DNA of 64,000 nucleotides from a virus: IMG/VR virus record IMGVR_UViG_3300028196_000009; one strand, 5' to 3'. Shown here one piece after another: positions 1 to 10,712 of the stretch. The notes under the pieces were generated by a model. The model ran no database searches. It was not told the origin of the DNA and saw nothing but the letters and a program-made list of their open reading frames with translations. Each line of letters begins with the position of its first letter. The first letter of the stretch is position 1. A program made the translations under genes and the position numbers.

Positions 1-243
1 GGTACACAGTCTATTTTCTCCGAAGGCATATCACTAAATGAATTAAGTTGTTTAGTACTAGGTACACCAGTAAATAATGAACCTTTACTCACACAGTTAG
101 TAGGTAGAGTTATACGAAAAGTAGAAGGCAAACCACAGCCTATTATTGTGGATATACATTTAAAAGGCAAAACAGCAACTCGTCAAGCAAACGCTAGAAT
201 GGGTTACTATTTAAAACAAGATTACGAGGTAAAAATACTATGA
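1..243 (+). CDS. Superfamily II DNA helicase, T5 D10-like (3' end only, not in ORF track)
   Basis: Manual frame-1 translation GTQSIFSEGISLNELSCLVLGTPVNNEPLLTQLVGRVIR... contains motif V (SEGIS) and motif VI (QLVGRVIR); position upstream of D11-D15 matches T5 order. Confidence 0.8.
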   Translation, partial: GTQSIFSEGISLNELSCLVLGTPVNNEPLLTQLVGRVIRKVEGKPQPIIVDIHLKGKTATRQANARMGYYLKQDYEVKIL

Positions 244-1136
244 AGGAAATACAATTAAATATAGAAAAAATGAGAAGGTCAAAGATATTTCTGGCAACTC
301 CTATGTATGGCGGAATGTGTCATGGCATGTATACAAGAAGTTTAGCACAGACTATTGGTACTGCTGCAAAACACGGATTACAGTTACAATTATACTATTT
401 ATTTAATGAAAGTCTCATAACAAGGGCTAGAAACTATGCAGTAGCAAACTTTTTAAAGTCAGACTCTGAGTACTTATTATTTATTGATAGTGATATATCA
501 TGGGAAGACCAGGATTTATTATATATGTTTCATTTAATGGTAGAACAGCCTGAGAAATATAGAATACTTACAGCAATGTACCCTAAAAAAGCTATAGCAT
601 GGGAGAAAGTATTGCATGCCGCTAAGTCAGGAGCATATGATAACAACCCAGCGGGGTTAGAGCAGGTAGCAGGAGATATGGTATTTAATCCTCTTCCTGG
701 CATATATGAGAATGATGAAGTTCCAGTGTACGAACCAGTACAAATTAAAGAAGCAGGTACAGGTTTTATGATGATTCATAGAAGTGTGTTTGAAGAAATG
801 GAAGCAGTAATGCCAGATAGAAAGTACACTCCTGACCATATAAGAGAAGGTATAAGCTCTGAGCAAATAACTGCTTTCTTCGATTGTGTAATTAATGAGG
901 AAAATAGATATCTAAGTGAAGATTATATGTTTTGTGCTAATGCTAGAACGTTAGGTATTAATATTTATACTCTTCCATTTATAAACTTAACTCATACAGG
1001 AAGTTATATCTATAAAGGAAATTTAATAGAAATGGCAAATGCAGGAGTTCATGCTAGTATAGACCATACAACAGCAGAAGAGCTAAGAAGAACTAAAACA
1101 TCAGGTAATAATAGACCAGAGGAAAATAGTTCTTGA
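240..1136 (+). CDS. GT-A fold glycosyltransferase-like protein
   Basis: IFLATPMYGG start, ITRARN, LLFIDSDI (DxD), LSEDY motifs typical of phage GT-A proteins. Confidence 0.75.
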   Translation: MKEIQLNIEKMRRSKIFLATPMYGGMCHGMYTRSLAQTIGTAAKHGLQLQLYYLFNESLITRARNYAVANFLKSDSEYLLFIDSDISWEDQDLLYMFHLMVEQPEKYRILTAMYPKKAIAWEKVLHAAKSGAYDNNPAGLEQVAGDMVFNPLPGIYENDEVPVYEPVQIKEAGTGFMMIHRSVFEEMEAVMPDRKYTPDHIREGISSEQITAFFDCVINEENRYLSEDYMFCANARTLGINIYTLPFINLTHTGSYIYKGNLIEMANAGVHASIDHTTAEELRRTKTSGNNRPEENSS

Positions 1137-1161
1137 CACAAGTCGGAATTTTTGTTATAAT
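1123..1161 (+). promoter_or_regulatory. Sigma70-type promoter with conserved upstream AAAATAGTTC element
   Basis: TTGACA (1133-1138), 17-nt spacer, TGn, TATAAT (1156-1161). Confidence 0.85.
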
Positions 1162-1554
1162 ATGTTACTATTTAATTGGAATAAGATAATAAAAGTAAGC
1201 AAAGGAGATATTGGTAAGATAATACAAATACTTCGTATAATTACTTATAAGATTCAACCAAAAAATTACTATGATAAAACATTTGAGTTTTATCAGCATC
1301 GCTTCGGCGGAGAGTCATATCTTCTAAATCCGAAAGATTTACTCGAAGTTGGACGTACATTTAGTGATAGAGAAGTTGCAGAGTATGCAGGTGTCGCATC
1401 TTTTCGCAATTATCACAACTATGTAAATACTAAAGACACCACACTAGAATGTCTGCTATCACCGATATCAGACGAAATTATAAAAAATAACAGACTGCTC
1501 GATATAAAGGAAGGTCGGATTACCTTTATGTTTGAGGAGACAATGGAGAAATAA
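1162..1554 (+). CDS. Conserved T5-like hypothetical protein upstream of D11
   Basis: 130-aa ORF at the syntenic position between D10 and D11. Confidence 0.55.
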   Translation: MLLFNWNKIIKVSKGDIGKIIQILRIITYKIQPKNYYDKTFEFYQHRFGGESYLLNPKDLLEVGRTFSDREVAEYAGVASFRNYHNYVNTKDTTLECLLSPISDEIIKNNRLLDIKEGRITFMFEETMEK

Positions 1555-1556
1555 TT

Positions 1557-2192
1557 ATGGCTATAGGCTTTAATACAACAAAGGGCTCTGCCCAAAAAAA
1601 TAAAATAGAAACATATAACTACGCAGGTAAAGAAGACCATCATGTAAGACTGGTGGGTGACCTATTACCTAGATATGTGTATTGGATTAAAGGGGAAAAC
1701 GGTAAAAACATTCCTATGGAGTGTCTATCTTTTGATAGAAATGCGGAAACCTTTAACAATGTAGAACATGACCATGTTCGAGACTTTTACCCTGATTTAA
1801 AATGTGGATGGAGTTATGCCGTTCAGTGCATCGACTACGCCGATAAATCTATAAAAGTTCTTAATTTAAAAAGAAAGTTATTCGACCAAGTTATAGTAGC
1901 TATGGAAGAGTTGGGAGACCCAACCGATCCAGTTACTGGTTATGACATTCATTTCAAAAGAAAGAAAACTGGTCCACAGGTGTTCAACGTAGAATATCAA
2001 CTAGCAGTTTTAAAATGTAAGCCGAGAGAATTGGAAGACTGGGAAAAAGAATTGACTTCAGGACTTAAGTCTATGGATGAAATTCTTGTAAGACCTACTG
2101 CAGATGCGCAGTTAGAATTACTTAGAAGAGTCACTAATCAAGAAGGCGGGGAAGTATCAGAAGATATATCTAGCGAGTTTGACGTTTCATGA
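1557..2192 (+). CDS. T5 D11-like ssDNA-binding/recombination protein
   Basis: Acidic C-terminus, LGDPTDPVTGYDIHFKRKKTG segment, synteny with D12/D13. Confidence 0.75.
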   Translation: MAIGFNTTKGSAQKNKIETYNYAGKEDHHVRLVGDLLPRYVYWIKGENGKNIPMECLSFDRNAETFNNVEHDHVRDFYPDLKCGWSYAVQCIDYADKSIKVLNLKRKLFDQVIVAMEELGDPTDPVTGYDIHFKRKKTGPQVFNVEYQLAVLKCKPRELEDWEKELTSGLKSMDEILVRPTADAQLELLRRVTNQEGGEVSEDISSEFDVS

Positions 2193-3142
2193 TTTTATAT
2201 ACAGCAGACTGGCATATTAAACTTGGACAGAAGAATGTACCTGTAGCGTGGGCTTGCTCTCGCTATGAGTTATTCTTTCAACAAGTACAGGAAGCTGTAG
2301 ATAATCATGACGTAACTCTTCATATCATTGGTGGGGACTTGTTTGACCGAGTCCCTTCCATGGATGAGATTACTCTGTACTTTGACTTTGTAAAAAGACA
2401 AACAGTAGAGACAATTATCTATGATGGCAACCACGAAGCCACTAGAAAGAATCAGACTTTCTTTGATAACTTAAAGAGAGTAACCAATCAACTTAACCCA
2501 CTAGTAAGTGTGGTTACAGAAACATACTATAAAGACGACTGGTGTATACTGCCTTACGCAGATTTACACAGAAAAAATAGTATAGAAAATATAGATGCAG
2601 ATTATCTATTTACCCATGTGCGTGGAGAAATACCGCCACATGTTATGCCCGAAGTAGAACTAGAAAGATTTGATAAGTTCAAGACGGTTTTTGCAGGAGA
2701 CTTACATGCTCACGAGAATACTCAACGAAACATTGTATACCCTGGAAGCCCTATGACTACATCATTTCATAGAAATATAGTTAAGACTGGATATCTAATT
2801 ATAGACGACAATTGGGACTGGACATGGCATGAATTTAACTTGCCCCAGTTACTAAGAAAGACTATTGAAGACCCAGCGGGTATGCAACAAACAGACTTCC
2901 ATCACACTATTTACGAAGTTACAGGAGATATACAGGATTTGGCCAAAGTCAAAAACTCAGAACTTCTTGATAAGAAAGTAGTAAATAGACAAGTTGATGC
3001 ACGACTAGATTTAACTGGAGACTTATCTATGTCGGACGAATTAATTAAGTATTTGCAAGAGATATTGTCTCTTGACGATGAAAAAGTAAAAAACATTATA
3101 GGAGTATTCAATGATTATTCTTCAGAAGTTGAAGTGGGATAA
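2189..3142 (+). CDS. SbcD/Mre11-like nuclease (T5 D12)
   Basis: Metallophosphoesterase motifs ADWH, GGDLFD, GNHE, GDLH. Confidence 0.9.
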   Translation: MILYTADWHIKLGQKNVPVAWACSRYELFFQQVQEAVDNHDVTLHIIGGDLFDRVPSMDEITLYFDFVKRQTVETIIYDGNHEATRKNQTFFDNLKRVTNQLNPLVSVVTETYYKDDWCILPYADLHRKNSIENIDADYLFTHVRGEIPPHVMPEVELERFDKFKTVFAGDLHAHENTQRNIVYPGSPMTTSFHRNIVKTGYLIIDDNWDWTWHEFNLPQLLRKTIEDPAGMQQTDFHHTIYEVTGDIQDLAKVKNSELLDKKVVNRQVDARLDLTGDLSMSDELIKYLQEILSLDDEKVKNIIGVFNDYSSEVEVG

Positions 3143-4925
3143 TTGTTTCTCATATGGCGAAGGCAACGAGTTAGACCTTTCCAGAGATACACTTACACAA
3201 CTAGTCGGAACAAACGGCGTAGGTAAATCTTCCATACCTTTGATATTGGAAGAAGTATTATTTAACAAGAACAGCAAGAATGTTAAAAAGGCAGATATAG
3301 CAAACAGATATGTTAACCAGGGTTATGATATTAGTCTCGACTTTACTGTCGACGATAGCTTATATAGTATTGATGTTAGTAGGCGTACTAACCTCAAATG
3401 TAAGTTAACAAAAGATGGCGAGGATATAAGTTCTCATACAGCATCAAACACTTACAAAACACTCGGGGAAATACTGGGTATTGATTTTAAGACGTTTTCG
3501 CAATTAGTGTACCAAAACACAAACGCTTCATTACAATTCTTAACAGCAACAGATACGAACCGTAAAAAGTTCTTAATTGACTTGCTAAAGTTAGATGACT
3601 ATGTAGCGTACTTTGATACATTTAAAGAGGCCGTACGTGTTGCTTCAAGTACAATTACTAGTGAGAATGCAAAAATTGCAACAATTGAGAAATGGTTAAA
3701 AGATAATATTCTCGAAGATAGTTCCATACTTGATAAAATAATTTTACCAAAAATGTCAGAAGAAGACGAACAATCTTTACGTTCTTTACAAGTAGACTTT
3801 GAAAATATCTCGGAAAAGAATAAAAAAATAAATCTGAATGAAAATCTCAAAGAACGCTTAAAAACTATAGACCTTGACAAAGCAAAAAATAACTTACAAA
3901 GGTTTCCAAAAGAACAGCCTTATATAGAGGAGTTAGGACAAGTACAAACACTTAAAGTAGAGTCTATAAATGAGGAGAGTATGGTAGCTAAATATAAAGA
4001 ACTAGCTACACAAACAGACGCTGAGTGTCCTACCTGTAGTCAGCAGATAGACAAAGAGTTTGTAACAAGTCAATTAGACAAACACAGTACTAAATTGATT
4101 AGTATAACGGAAAAGTTGATAGATCAGCAGGCCAAGACAGATAGAATAGGAAAAGAGAATGAGATTAATAAACAAGCAAGGAAAGATATTAAGCAGTGGG
4201 AGGACCTCTACAGGTCTATCGACTATTCGCTCCCAGAACAAGCAATTAATGGCGAAGAAATCGAGCAACAGATTACGGAACTTCGTGCAAAAATTACCAC
4301 TGTTAGGTCGTCTCTTCAAGAGGTCATAGATGAGAATACTAGAAGAGAAAGACATAATACGAGAATTGGAATCATTCAAGAGCAAACAGACCAATTTGAG
4401 ACAGACCTTAGCGAGTCTCAGTCTAGACTTGAGAGTGCAGAAAGCAAATTGGCGATACTTGAAACACTTAAAAAAGCTTTCTCAACAAACGGACTCCTGG
4501 CATACAAAATAGAGTCTTTAGTAAAAGAGTTAGAAATTCTTACAAACGAATATCTAGCAGAGTTTAGCGATGGCAGATTCGCCATCAATTTTGTAGTGGA
4601 GAACGATAAATTAAATGTGGAAGTCTCAGATAATGGCAATATTATTGACATTCTTGCTCTTTCTAGCGGCGAGTTAGCTAGAGTAAATATTGCAACATTA
4701 GTATCAATTAGAAAGTTAATGACTTCAATTAGTAGAAGTCAAATCAATGTTCTTTTCCTTGACGAAGTAAATCAAGCTTTAGATGAAGTTGGAAAAGAAA
4801 AAGTAGTGGAAGTATTATTAAAAGAAGAAAATCTAAATACTTATATGGTGTCACATGGTTGGACTCACCCATTACTAGAGAAAATAGAAATTACAAAAGA
4901 GGATAATATTAGTTATCTTGAATAG
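3111..4925 (+). CDS. SbcC/Rad50-like ATPase (T5 D13)
   Basis: Walker A GTNGVGKSS, zinc hook CPTC, signature LSSGE, Walker B LFLDE, coiled coils; GGAG RBS at 3101. Confidence 0.92.
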   Translation: MIILQKLKWDNCFSYGEGNELDLSRDTLTQLVGTNGVGKSSIPLILEEVLFNKNSKNVKKADIANRYVNQGYDISLDFTVDDSLYSIDVSRRTNLKCKLTKDGEDISSHTASNTYKTLGEILGIDFKTFSQLVYQNTNASLQFLTATDTNRKKFLIDLLKLDDYVAYFDTFKEAVRVASSTITSENAKIATIEKWLKDNILEDSSILDKIILPKMSEEDEQSLRSLQVDFENISEKNKKINLNENLKERLKTIDLDKAKNNLQRFPKEQPYIEELGQVQTLKVESINEESMVAKYKELATQTDAECPTCSQQIDKEFVTSQLDKHSTKLISITEKLIDQQAKTDRIGKENEINKQARKDIKQWEDLYRSIDYSLPEQAINGEEIEQQITELRAKITTVRSSLQEVIDENTRRERHNTRIGIIQEQTDQFETDLSESQSRLESAESKLAILETLKKAFSTNGLLAYKIESLVKELEILTNEYLAEFSDGRFAINFVVENDKLNVEVSDNGNIIDILALSSGELARVNIATLVSIRKLMTSISRSQINVLFLDEVNQALDEVGKEKVVEVLLKEENLNTYMVSHGWTHPLLEKIEITKEDNISYLE

Positions 4926-4942
4926 CAACACAAAAGTATATC

Positions 4943-4971
4943 TTGACACGAAACTTATTTTCTGTTATAAT
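4943..4971 (+). promoter_or_regulatory. Sigma70-type promoter
   Basis: TTGACA-N17-TATAAT with extended -10 TG. Confidence 0.85.
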
Positions 4972-4991
4972 ATATATCTTATGGAGAAAAA

Positions 4992-5219
4992 ATGAAAGTA
5001 GAAATTTATAGTATACCAAATTGTACTTATTGCAAGAAGGCTAAGTTTTTAGCTGACCATGTAGATGAAGTAACAGAGGTGTCATATAAAATGATTGGCG
5101 TAGATTTTTCTGCGTCTGACGTTAGGGAAAAGTTTCCCGAAGCAAGAACCTTCCCACAAATACTAGTAGACGATAAACATATCGGTGGCTATGTAGAGTT
5201 GGAGAAGTTAATTGGTTAA
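4992..5219 (+). CDS. grx: Glutaredoxin
   Basis: CTYC active site, TFPQI and IGGY motifs. Confidence 0.92.
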   Translation: MKVEIYSIPNCTYCKKAKFLADHVDEVTEVSYKMIGVDFSASDVREKFPEARTFPQILVDDKHIGGYVELEKLIG

Positions 5220-5700
5220 TAGCAGACAAAAAGGAAATAACGCAGAACTTAAAGTAGCAGATATGCTACACAGAATAACAGGAGAGTCTTTTGTACAAAC
5301 TCCTGGATCGGGTAGTGGTAAAATAAAGGGAGACTTGATGGTGCCACACAAAGATAATTTATTCACAATTGAGGTTAAATTCTATAGAGATATGGCATTT
5401 AATCACAAAATATTTACTCAAAAAAGTAATACCTTCGTGGGTTGGTGGGAAAAACTAGTAGTACAGGCCGAGCAAATGCAGCAAGAACCTTTACTTATAT
5501 TTAAAGAAAACCACTCACGATGGTACGTGGCAACGACAAGAAAGCCATGTTACAAAAAACATATGTATATTAGTTGGCTGGGGTGCTATGTTACCTTTGC
5601 CGAACAATTTTTAGAAACACAAAACCTGGAATTTACAAATGGCGATACAATTTATGAACCATGGAAAAGCGACCCCGAACGGGAACTTACTGATTGTTGA
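5212..5700 (+). CDS. T5 D14-like Holliday junction resolvase/PD-(D/E)xK nuclease
   Basis: SRQKG..AE, SG, GDL, IEVKFY motifs; synteny. Confidence 0.8.
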   Translation: MVNSRQKGNNAELKVADMLHRITGESFVQTPGSGSGKIKGDLMVPHKDNLFTIEVKFYRDMAFNHKIFTQKSNTFVGWWEKLVVQAEQMQQEPLLIFKENHSRWYVATTRKPCYKKHMYISWLGCYVTFAEQFLETQNLEFTNGDTIYEPWKSDPERELTDC

Positions 5701-6490
5701 TGGACTCAATCTAGCTTTTCGATGGAAACACCAAGGCACTACAGACTTCGAGCATGAATATGTAAGAACTGTACAGTCCCTTGCAAAGTCCTATAACTGT
5801 GGAGAGATAGTCGTCTTAGGCGATGGCGGTAGTAATTATCGTAAAGAAATCTATCCAGAGTACAAAGCAAATCGTAAAGAACGATATGCAGAACAAACTC
5901 CTGCTGAAGCAAAAGAATTTGAAATGTTCTTAGCAGAGTTTTCAACTACACTTAAAACTTTATCTCGTAAGGGTTATCTTACACTAAAGTATTCAGGCGT
6001 AGAGGCTGATGATATAGCCGCACTTATCACACAGAATCGAGAGCAATTAGGTCTCGATGAGATATGGATGGTGTCATCAGATAGAGACTGGGATTTACTA
6101 GTCGATGGTAACGTAAGTAGATTTTCTACAGTTACTAGAAAAGAAACAACACTCCTAAACTGGGACGAGCATTATGACTTTGACCCTGAGTACTTTTTAA
6201 CATACAAGTGCTTAACTGGAGATAAAGGAGATAACGTTCCTGGTGTTGATGGAATCGGGCCTAAGAGAGCCACACAGATTATTCAACAGTATGGAGATAT
6301 CTTTGATATTATGGCGAGTTTGCCAATGGAAGGAAAATACAAATTCATTCAGAACTTAAATGAGTTCGGAAGTGAAGGGTTAGAAGTTGGTATTAAACTC
6401 ATGGACTTAACTTATGACTTAGACGGAGCAGTCTTAGGTCATGCACAAGAAATTATAGGATTAGTAGAAGATTATGTCAGTAAAAATTGA
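5639..6490 (+). CDS. Flap endonuclease / 5'-3' exonuclease (T5 D15)
   Basis: LIVDGLNLAFR, YKANR, EADD, SDRD, GDKGDNVPGVDGIGPKRA. Confidence 0.93.
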   Translation: MAIQFMNHGKATPNGNLLIVDGLNLAFRWKHQGTTDFEHEYVRTVQSLAKSYNCGEIVVLGDGGSNYRKEIYPEYKANRKERYAEQTPAEAKEFEMFLAEFSTTLKTLSRKGYLTLKYSGVEADDIAALITQNREQLGLDEIWMVSSDRDWDLLVDGNVSRFSTVTRKETTLLNWDEHYDFDPEYFLTYKCLTGDKGDNVPGVDGIGPKRATQIIQQYGDIFDIMASLPMEGKYKFIQNLNEFGSEGLEVGIKLMDLTYDLDGAVLGHAQEIIGLVEDYVSKN

Positions 6491-8246
6491 TTTTAGTAAA
6501 GATAGTCTTTTAGATACGTTTGCATTAGCAACTCTAAAAGATAGATATATGGTAGGTGATGAAACGTCACCTCAAGAAGCTTTTGCTCGTGCTGCAATGG
6601 CTTTTGCAGATGATGACGACCACGCACAAAGGTTATATGATTATGTAAGTAATTTATGGTTTATGTTCGCTACTCCTGTACTTTCTAATGGGGGTACTCG
6701 TAGAGGCTTACCTATAAGTTGTTTCTTGAATTATGTAGATGACAGTAGAGAAGGAATAACAGACCATTTTGTAGAAAATGCGTTCTTGAGTTCCTTTGGC
6801 GGAGGTATAGGTGGCACGTGGAGTGATGTAAGATCTATGGGAAGTAAGACTTCTAAAGGTTCTGAAAGCACAGGTGTTATACCTTTCGTAAAGGTTGTAG
6901 ATGCAGAGATGTTGGCGTTTAGCCAAGGAGTAACTAGACGGGGTAGTTACGCAGGGTATCTACATATTTCCCACCCCGAAATAGAGGAGTTCTTAGATGT
7001 TAGAAAACCTACTGGCGGTGACACGAACCGTAAGTGCCTTAACCTTCACCACGGGATCGTCATATCTGATGCTTTCATGGAGCTCATACACTCAGCTTCA
7101 AAGTATCCTGATTTCGATGATAGTTGGGATTTGGTTGACCCACACTCTAATGAAGTAAAGAAAACTGTTTCAGCAAGAGCTTTATGGGTAAAGATACTAC
7201 AGAATAGAATTGAAACAGGAGAACCTTATGTAATGTATGAAGATGCAGTTCAAAATGGATTACCTGAGTTTCAAAAGAAAAAGGGATTAAAAGTTCATCA
7301 CTCTAATTTATGTAGTGAGATTACTCTTGCTACTGACGAAGAGAGAACAGCAGTATGTTGTCTTTCTAGTGTAAATCTAGAGTATTATGATGAGTGGAAA
7401 AATCATCCTTCATTCATACCTGACTTAGTTAGAATGTTAGATAATGTATTAACGTACTTTATTGACAATGCACCTAGTCAGCTTGATAAAGCTAAGTTCA
7501 GTGCTTACAGGGAGAGAAGTATTGGGCTTGGTGCTATGGGTTTCCATGCGTATTTACAACAGAACGGTGTTCCATTTGAAAGTGCTATGGCAGGTAGTAT
7601 TAATTTAGAAATGTTTGCTTACATAAAAACTTTTGCAGATGAAACCACTAGAAAATTAGCAACAGAGAGAGGAGCTTGTCCAGATGATGATTCTTGCACA
7701 GTAAGAAATGCTCATCTATTAGCTATAGCTCCTAATGCAAGTTCTAGTATTATATGTGGAAACACGAGTCCAAGTATTGAGCCGTTTAGAGCCAATGCTT
7801 ATACTCAAAAAACAAAAACAGGAAGTAACTTAGTAAAAAATAAATACTTAGACAAAATTATAAAAGAAAAAGTTACTCCTGCAATGTACGACGAAGTTTG
7901 GTCTAGCATTATTGCTAACAAAGGAAGTTGTCAACATCTAGATATACTAGATGACTGGGAAAGAGATGTATTTAAAACTGCGGTTGAAATTAATCAATCT
8001 TGGATTATAGAACATGCTTCTGTAAGACAAGAGTTTATATGTCAATCACAAAGTGTAAATTTATTTTTCCCGCCTGATGTTAACAAAGGAGAGTTACATA
8101 ACGTTCATATGTTAGCATGGGCAAAAAATTTAAAAACATTATATTACTTGAGAAGTGAAGCTATCAGTAGAGCTGATAATGTATCTAATCAAGCCAAAAG
8201 AGAGATAATTTTTGAACAATCAGATTGTCTAAGTTGCGAGGGATAA
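6474..8246 (+). CDS. nrdA: Ribonucleotide reductase class I alpha subunit (no ATP cone)
   Basis: TPVLSN, SCFL, NLCSEI, AIAPNASSS, C-terminal CLSCEG. Confidence 0.95.
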   Translation: MSVKIDFSKDSLLDTFALATLKDRYMVGDETSPQEAFARAAMAFADDDDHAQRLYDYVSNLWFMFATPVLSNGGTRRGLPISCFLNYVDDSREGITDHFVENAFLSSFGGGIGGTWSDVRSMGSKTSKGSESTGVIPFVKVVDAEMLAFSQGVTRRGSYAGYLHISHPEIEEFLDVRKPTGGDTNRKCLNLHHGIVISDAFMELIHSASKYPDFDDSWDLVDPHSNEVKKTVSARALWVKILQNRIETGEPYVMYEDAVQNGLPEFQKKKGLKVHHSNLCSEITLATDEERTAVCCLSSVNLEYYDEWKNHPSFIPDLVRMLDNVLTYFIDNAPSQLDKAKFSAYRERSIGLGAMGFHAYLQQNGVPFESAMAGSINLEMFAYIKTFADETTRKLATERGACPDDDSCTVRNAHLLAIAPNASSSIICGNTSPSIEPFRANAYTQKTKTGSNLVKNKYLDKIIKEKVTPAMYDEVWSSIIANKGSCQHLDILDDWERDVFKTAVEINQSWIIEHASVRQEFICQSQSVNLFFPPDVNKGELHNVHMLAWAKNLKTLYYLRSEAISRADNVSNQAKREIIFEQSDCLSCEG

Positions 8247-9209
8247 ATGGCAAACTTACTAGAAGAAAGAGAATATTATAAACCGTTTGATTACGGGTGG
8301 GCATTTGAAGCCTACAAAAAACAACAACAAATGCATTGGATGCCTGAAGAAGTAAGTATGGCTGATGATATTAAAGACTATAATCAAAATCTTACACCAG
8401 CAAATAGAGCATTGGTAGATAACATATTTAGATTTTTTACACAAGCAGACGTAGATGTTTGCTGTGGATATGCTAAACATTATTTACCAACTTTTAAAGC
8501 ACCAGAAGTAAGAATGATGTTAGTATCATTTGCTGCTATGGAAGCAGTGCACCAAGATGCATATTCATCTTTATTAGAAACACTTGGCAAGTCCGAGGAT
8601 ATCTATAAAGAGTTTATGGATATACAAGAGATGGTAGAGAAACATGAGTACCTATCTGACTTCAATATGAATGACCCTCATAATATTGCCAAAACTATGG
8701 CAGTGTACAGTGGGTTTACAGAAGGAGTACAGTTATTCTCATCATTCGCTATACTATTAAACTATCCTAGACATAATCTAATGAAAGGGATGGGACAGAT
8801 TGTAACATGGAGTATTCGTGATGAAACATTACATGTCGAGTCTGTGTCAAAACTATTTAGACAGTTCATCTCTGAACATCCAGAGATATGGACAGACAAA
8901 CTAAAATATGAAATCTATTGTGCTGCTGAAAGAGTAGTAGAATTAGAGGATAAGTTTATTGATATTTGCTTTGATAAAGCAGAAATACCTGACTTAACCG
9001 CCAAAGAAGTAAAAGAGTATATTCGTTATATAGCGGATAGAAGATTACTAGGTTTAGGCATGAAAAACATATTTCACAGTACAGCTAATCCTTTACCTTG
9101 GATTGATGTACAAGTAAACGCAGTTGAGCATACCAACTTTTTTGAAAACCGTGCTACCGAGTATGCTAAGGCAAGTACACAAGGAAACTGGCAGGATATA
9201 TTTAAATGA
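8247..9209 (+). CDS. nrdB: Ribonucleotide reductase class I beta subunit
   Basis: FFTQAD, EAVH..AY, EG..LFSSFA, RDETLH, NFFE. Confidence 0.95.
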   Translation: MANLLEEREYYKPFDYGWAFEAYKKQQQMHWMPEEVSMADDIKDYNQNLTPANRALVDNIFRFFTQADVDVCCGYAKHYLPTFKAPEVRMMLVSFAAMEAVHQDAYSSLLETLGKSEDIYKEFMDIQEMVEKHEYLSDFNMNDPHNIAKTMAVYSGFTEGVQLFSSFAILLNYPRHNLMKGMGQIVTWSIRDETLHVESVSKLFRQFISEHPEIWTDKLKYEIYCAAERVVELEDKFIDICFDKAEIPDLTAKEVKEYIRYIADRRLLGLGMKNIFHSTANPLPWIDVQVNAVEHTNFFENRATEYAKASTQGNWQDIFK

Positions 9210-9421
9210 GCAAAGAACAAACCATCAACATTGACGGTATTGACTATCCAATAAATGAGTTAACAGACGAGCAGAAAGCTATTGTTACTTCCATTGGACA
9301 AGGAGATATAGAGATAGAAAGATGTAAACATCTTATAGCTATTTGTCAAACAGCTAGACAGGCTTACATTAATGATTTGGGAAACCAATTAAGTGGTGAA
9401 GTCGGTGAAGAAGAAGTTTAG
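9206..9421 (+). CDS. Small hypothetical protein (DUF6447-like)
   Basis: TINIDGIDY...QTARQAY pattern. Confidence 0.55.
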   Translation: MSKEQTINIDGIDYPINELTDEQKAIVTSIGQGDIEIERCKHLIAICQTARQAYINDLGNQLSGEVGEEEV

Positions 9422-10712
9422 ATTTTACATATTAACTACTGCATCGGGCAGGTATACGGATTGGGATAATAGAGTTGCTGAAACTGATTGCAACTTCAAA
9501 AGTCTTAAAGTTCACTTTGATCCTAGGTGGTCAAACATACAATGCAAAGATGCAGTAGTAGTAGTAAACACACTAAGTTCTAGCTACAATAAAGTAGTAA
9601 AGAACTGGTGTATAAGTAAGGGAATAGAATGTCATATAACGGAATGTAACAACACTCCAGGAAAGGGCAAGAACGAATTACTTAAAGTATTTTTAGACTC
9701 CAAAGATGACTATATGGTACAAATTGACGGAGACGACATGTTAACCCCTTATGGGGTTGATTTGTATAAGAACCTAGCAAATCAAAAAGCTCCAGATAGT
9801 ATAATAATATATCATCAATGGTCTCAACAAATTACTAAGTACGGTCAGCGTTTTTTTACACGAATAATGAACAACCAAGACAGACCTGCTAATTACAAAA
9901 AAGATTTACAATTTTTCTATAAGTTTGTATCTCTTGCTGCTAAGTACCAAAAAGATTATGGTAGAAAAGTTAAAAGCATGGGCGGTGTAGACAAGGTATG
10001 CCACTTATACGCTAAGTATTCAAATGACATGCACGAGCTATGTAGAAAGTATAATGAGAAGTATTTTTCTCATGTTACTAATCAGCATATGGTAGACAAC
10101 CACTGCAGGCCTGTATGGTACTCTAGAAAAGCAGCTGAGTACAGATTTGATGAAGAGATGAGAATAGGAGAAGATACACGCCTATATCTACAACTAAAAA
10201 CAGCACACTTTAAAGGTCTGTTAAATGTGGTAAGATTAAAAGAAGTTCCCTGTAGCTATGTCTATAACAATATACATGGAGGTATAGTAGCAGAAGAATC
10301 CAATGGTATGACTAATATGGATTGGATGAAAAAATTTATGGATTTACTGGCAGAAGATGTAAAGAACGGAAAAATAGGTGAGTACCCAAATTTACCCGAA
10401 CTACAAGTCGCAATTCCAGAAGAAGTAAATGATTACTATATCACACAAGAGTTTAATATAGAAGACCTCGACCCATCTAGTGAAGAGTACAAAAATATAA
10501 AGATGTGTGATGATACTAGAAAAGAACTAAAACAAAGAATAAATTTATTAGAAGATCAAATGACTAAATTAGGAAGAAAGTTAATACTTGACATAAAACC
10601 TAGCGGAGCAACTTATGCATTTATGAAGAATCCTTATTTAAAAAATATATACTTACTGACTCCTATGGAGCATAAAATGGAACACTACTTCCAAAAAAGG
10701 ATAATACTATGA
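9405..10712 (+). CDS. GT-A (GT2-like) glycosyltransferase
   Basis: GKGKN, YMVQIDGDD (DxD), IGED; GTG start at 9405 has a GGTGA RBS (ORF track starts at 9393). Confidence 0.65.
   Translation: MKKKFRFYILTTASGRYTDWDNRVAETDCNFKSLKVHFDPRWSNIQCKDAVVVVNTLSSSYNKVVKNWCISKGIECHITECNNTPGKGKNELLKVFLDSKDDYMVQIDGDDMLTPYGVDLYKNLANQKAPDSIIIYHQWSQQITKYGQRFFTRIMNNQDRPANYKKDLQFFYKFVSLAAKYQKDYGRKVKSMGGVDKVCHLYAKYSNDMHELCRKYNEKYFSHVTNQHMVDNHCRPVWYSRKAAEYRFDEEMRIGEDTRLYLQLKTAHFKGLLNVVRLKEVPCSYVYNNIHGGIVAEESNGMTNMDWMKKFMDLLAEDVKNGKIGEYPNLPELQVAIPEEVNDYYITQEFNIEDLDPSSEEYKNIKMCDDTRKELKQRINLLEDQMTKLGRKLILDIKPSGATYAFMKNPYLKNIYLLTPMEHKMEHYFQKRIIL

Noticed and set aside
6474-9209. Inteins or introns in nrdA/nrdB (and terL)
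   Set aside because: Lengths are compact and motifs uninterrupted
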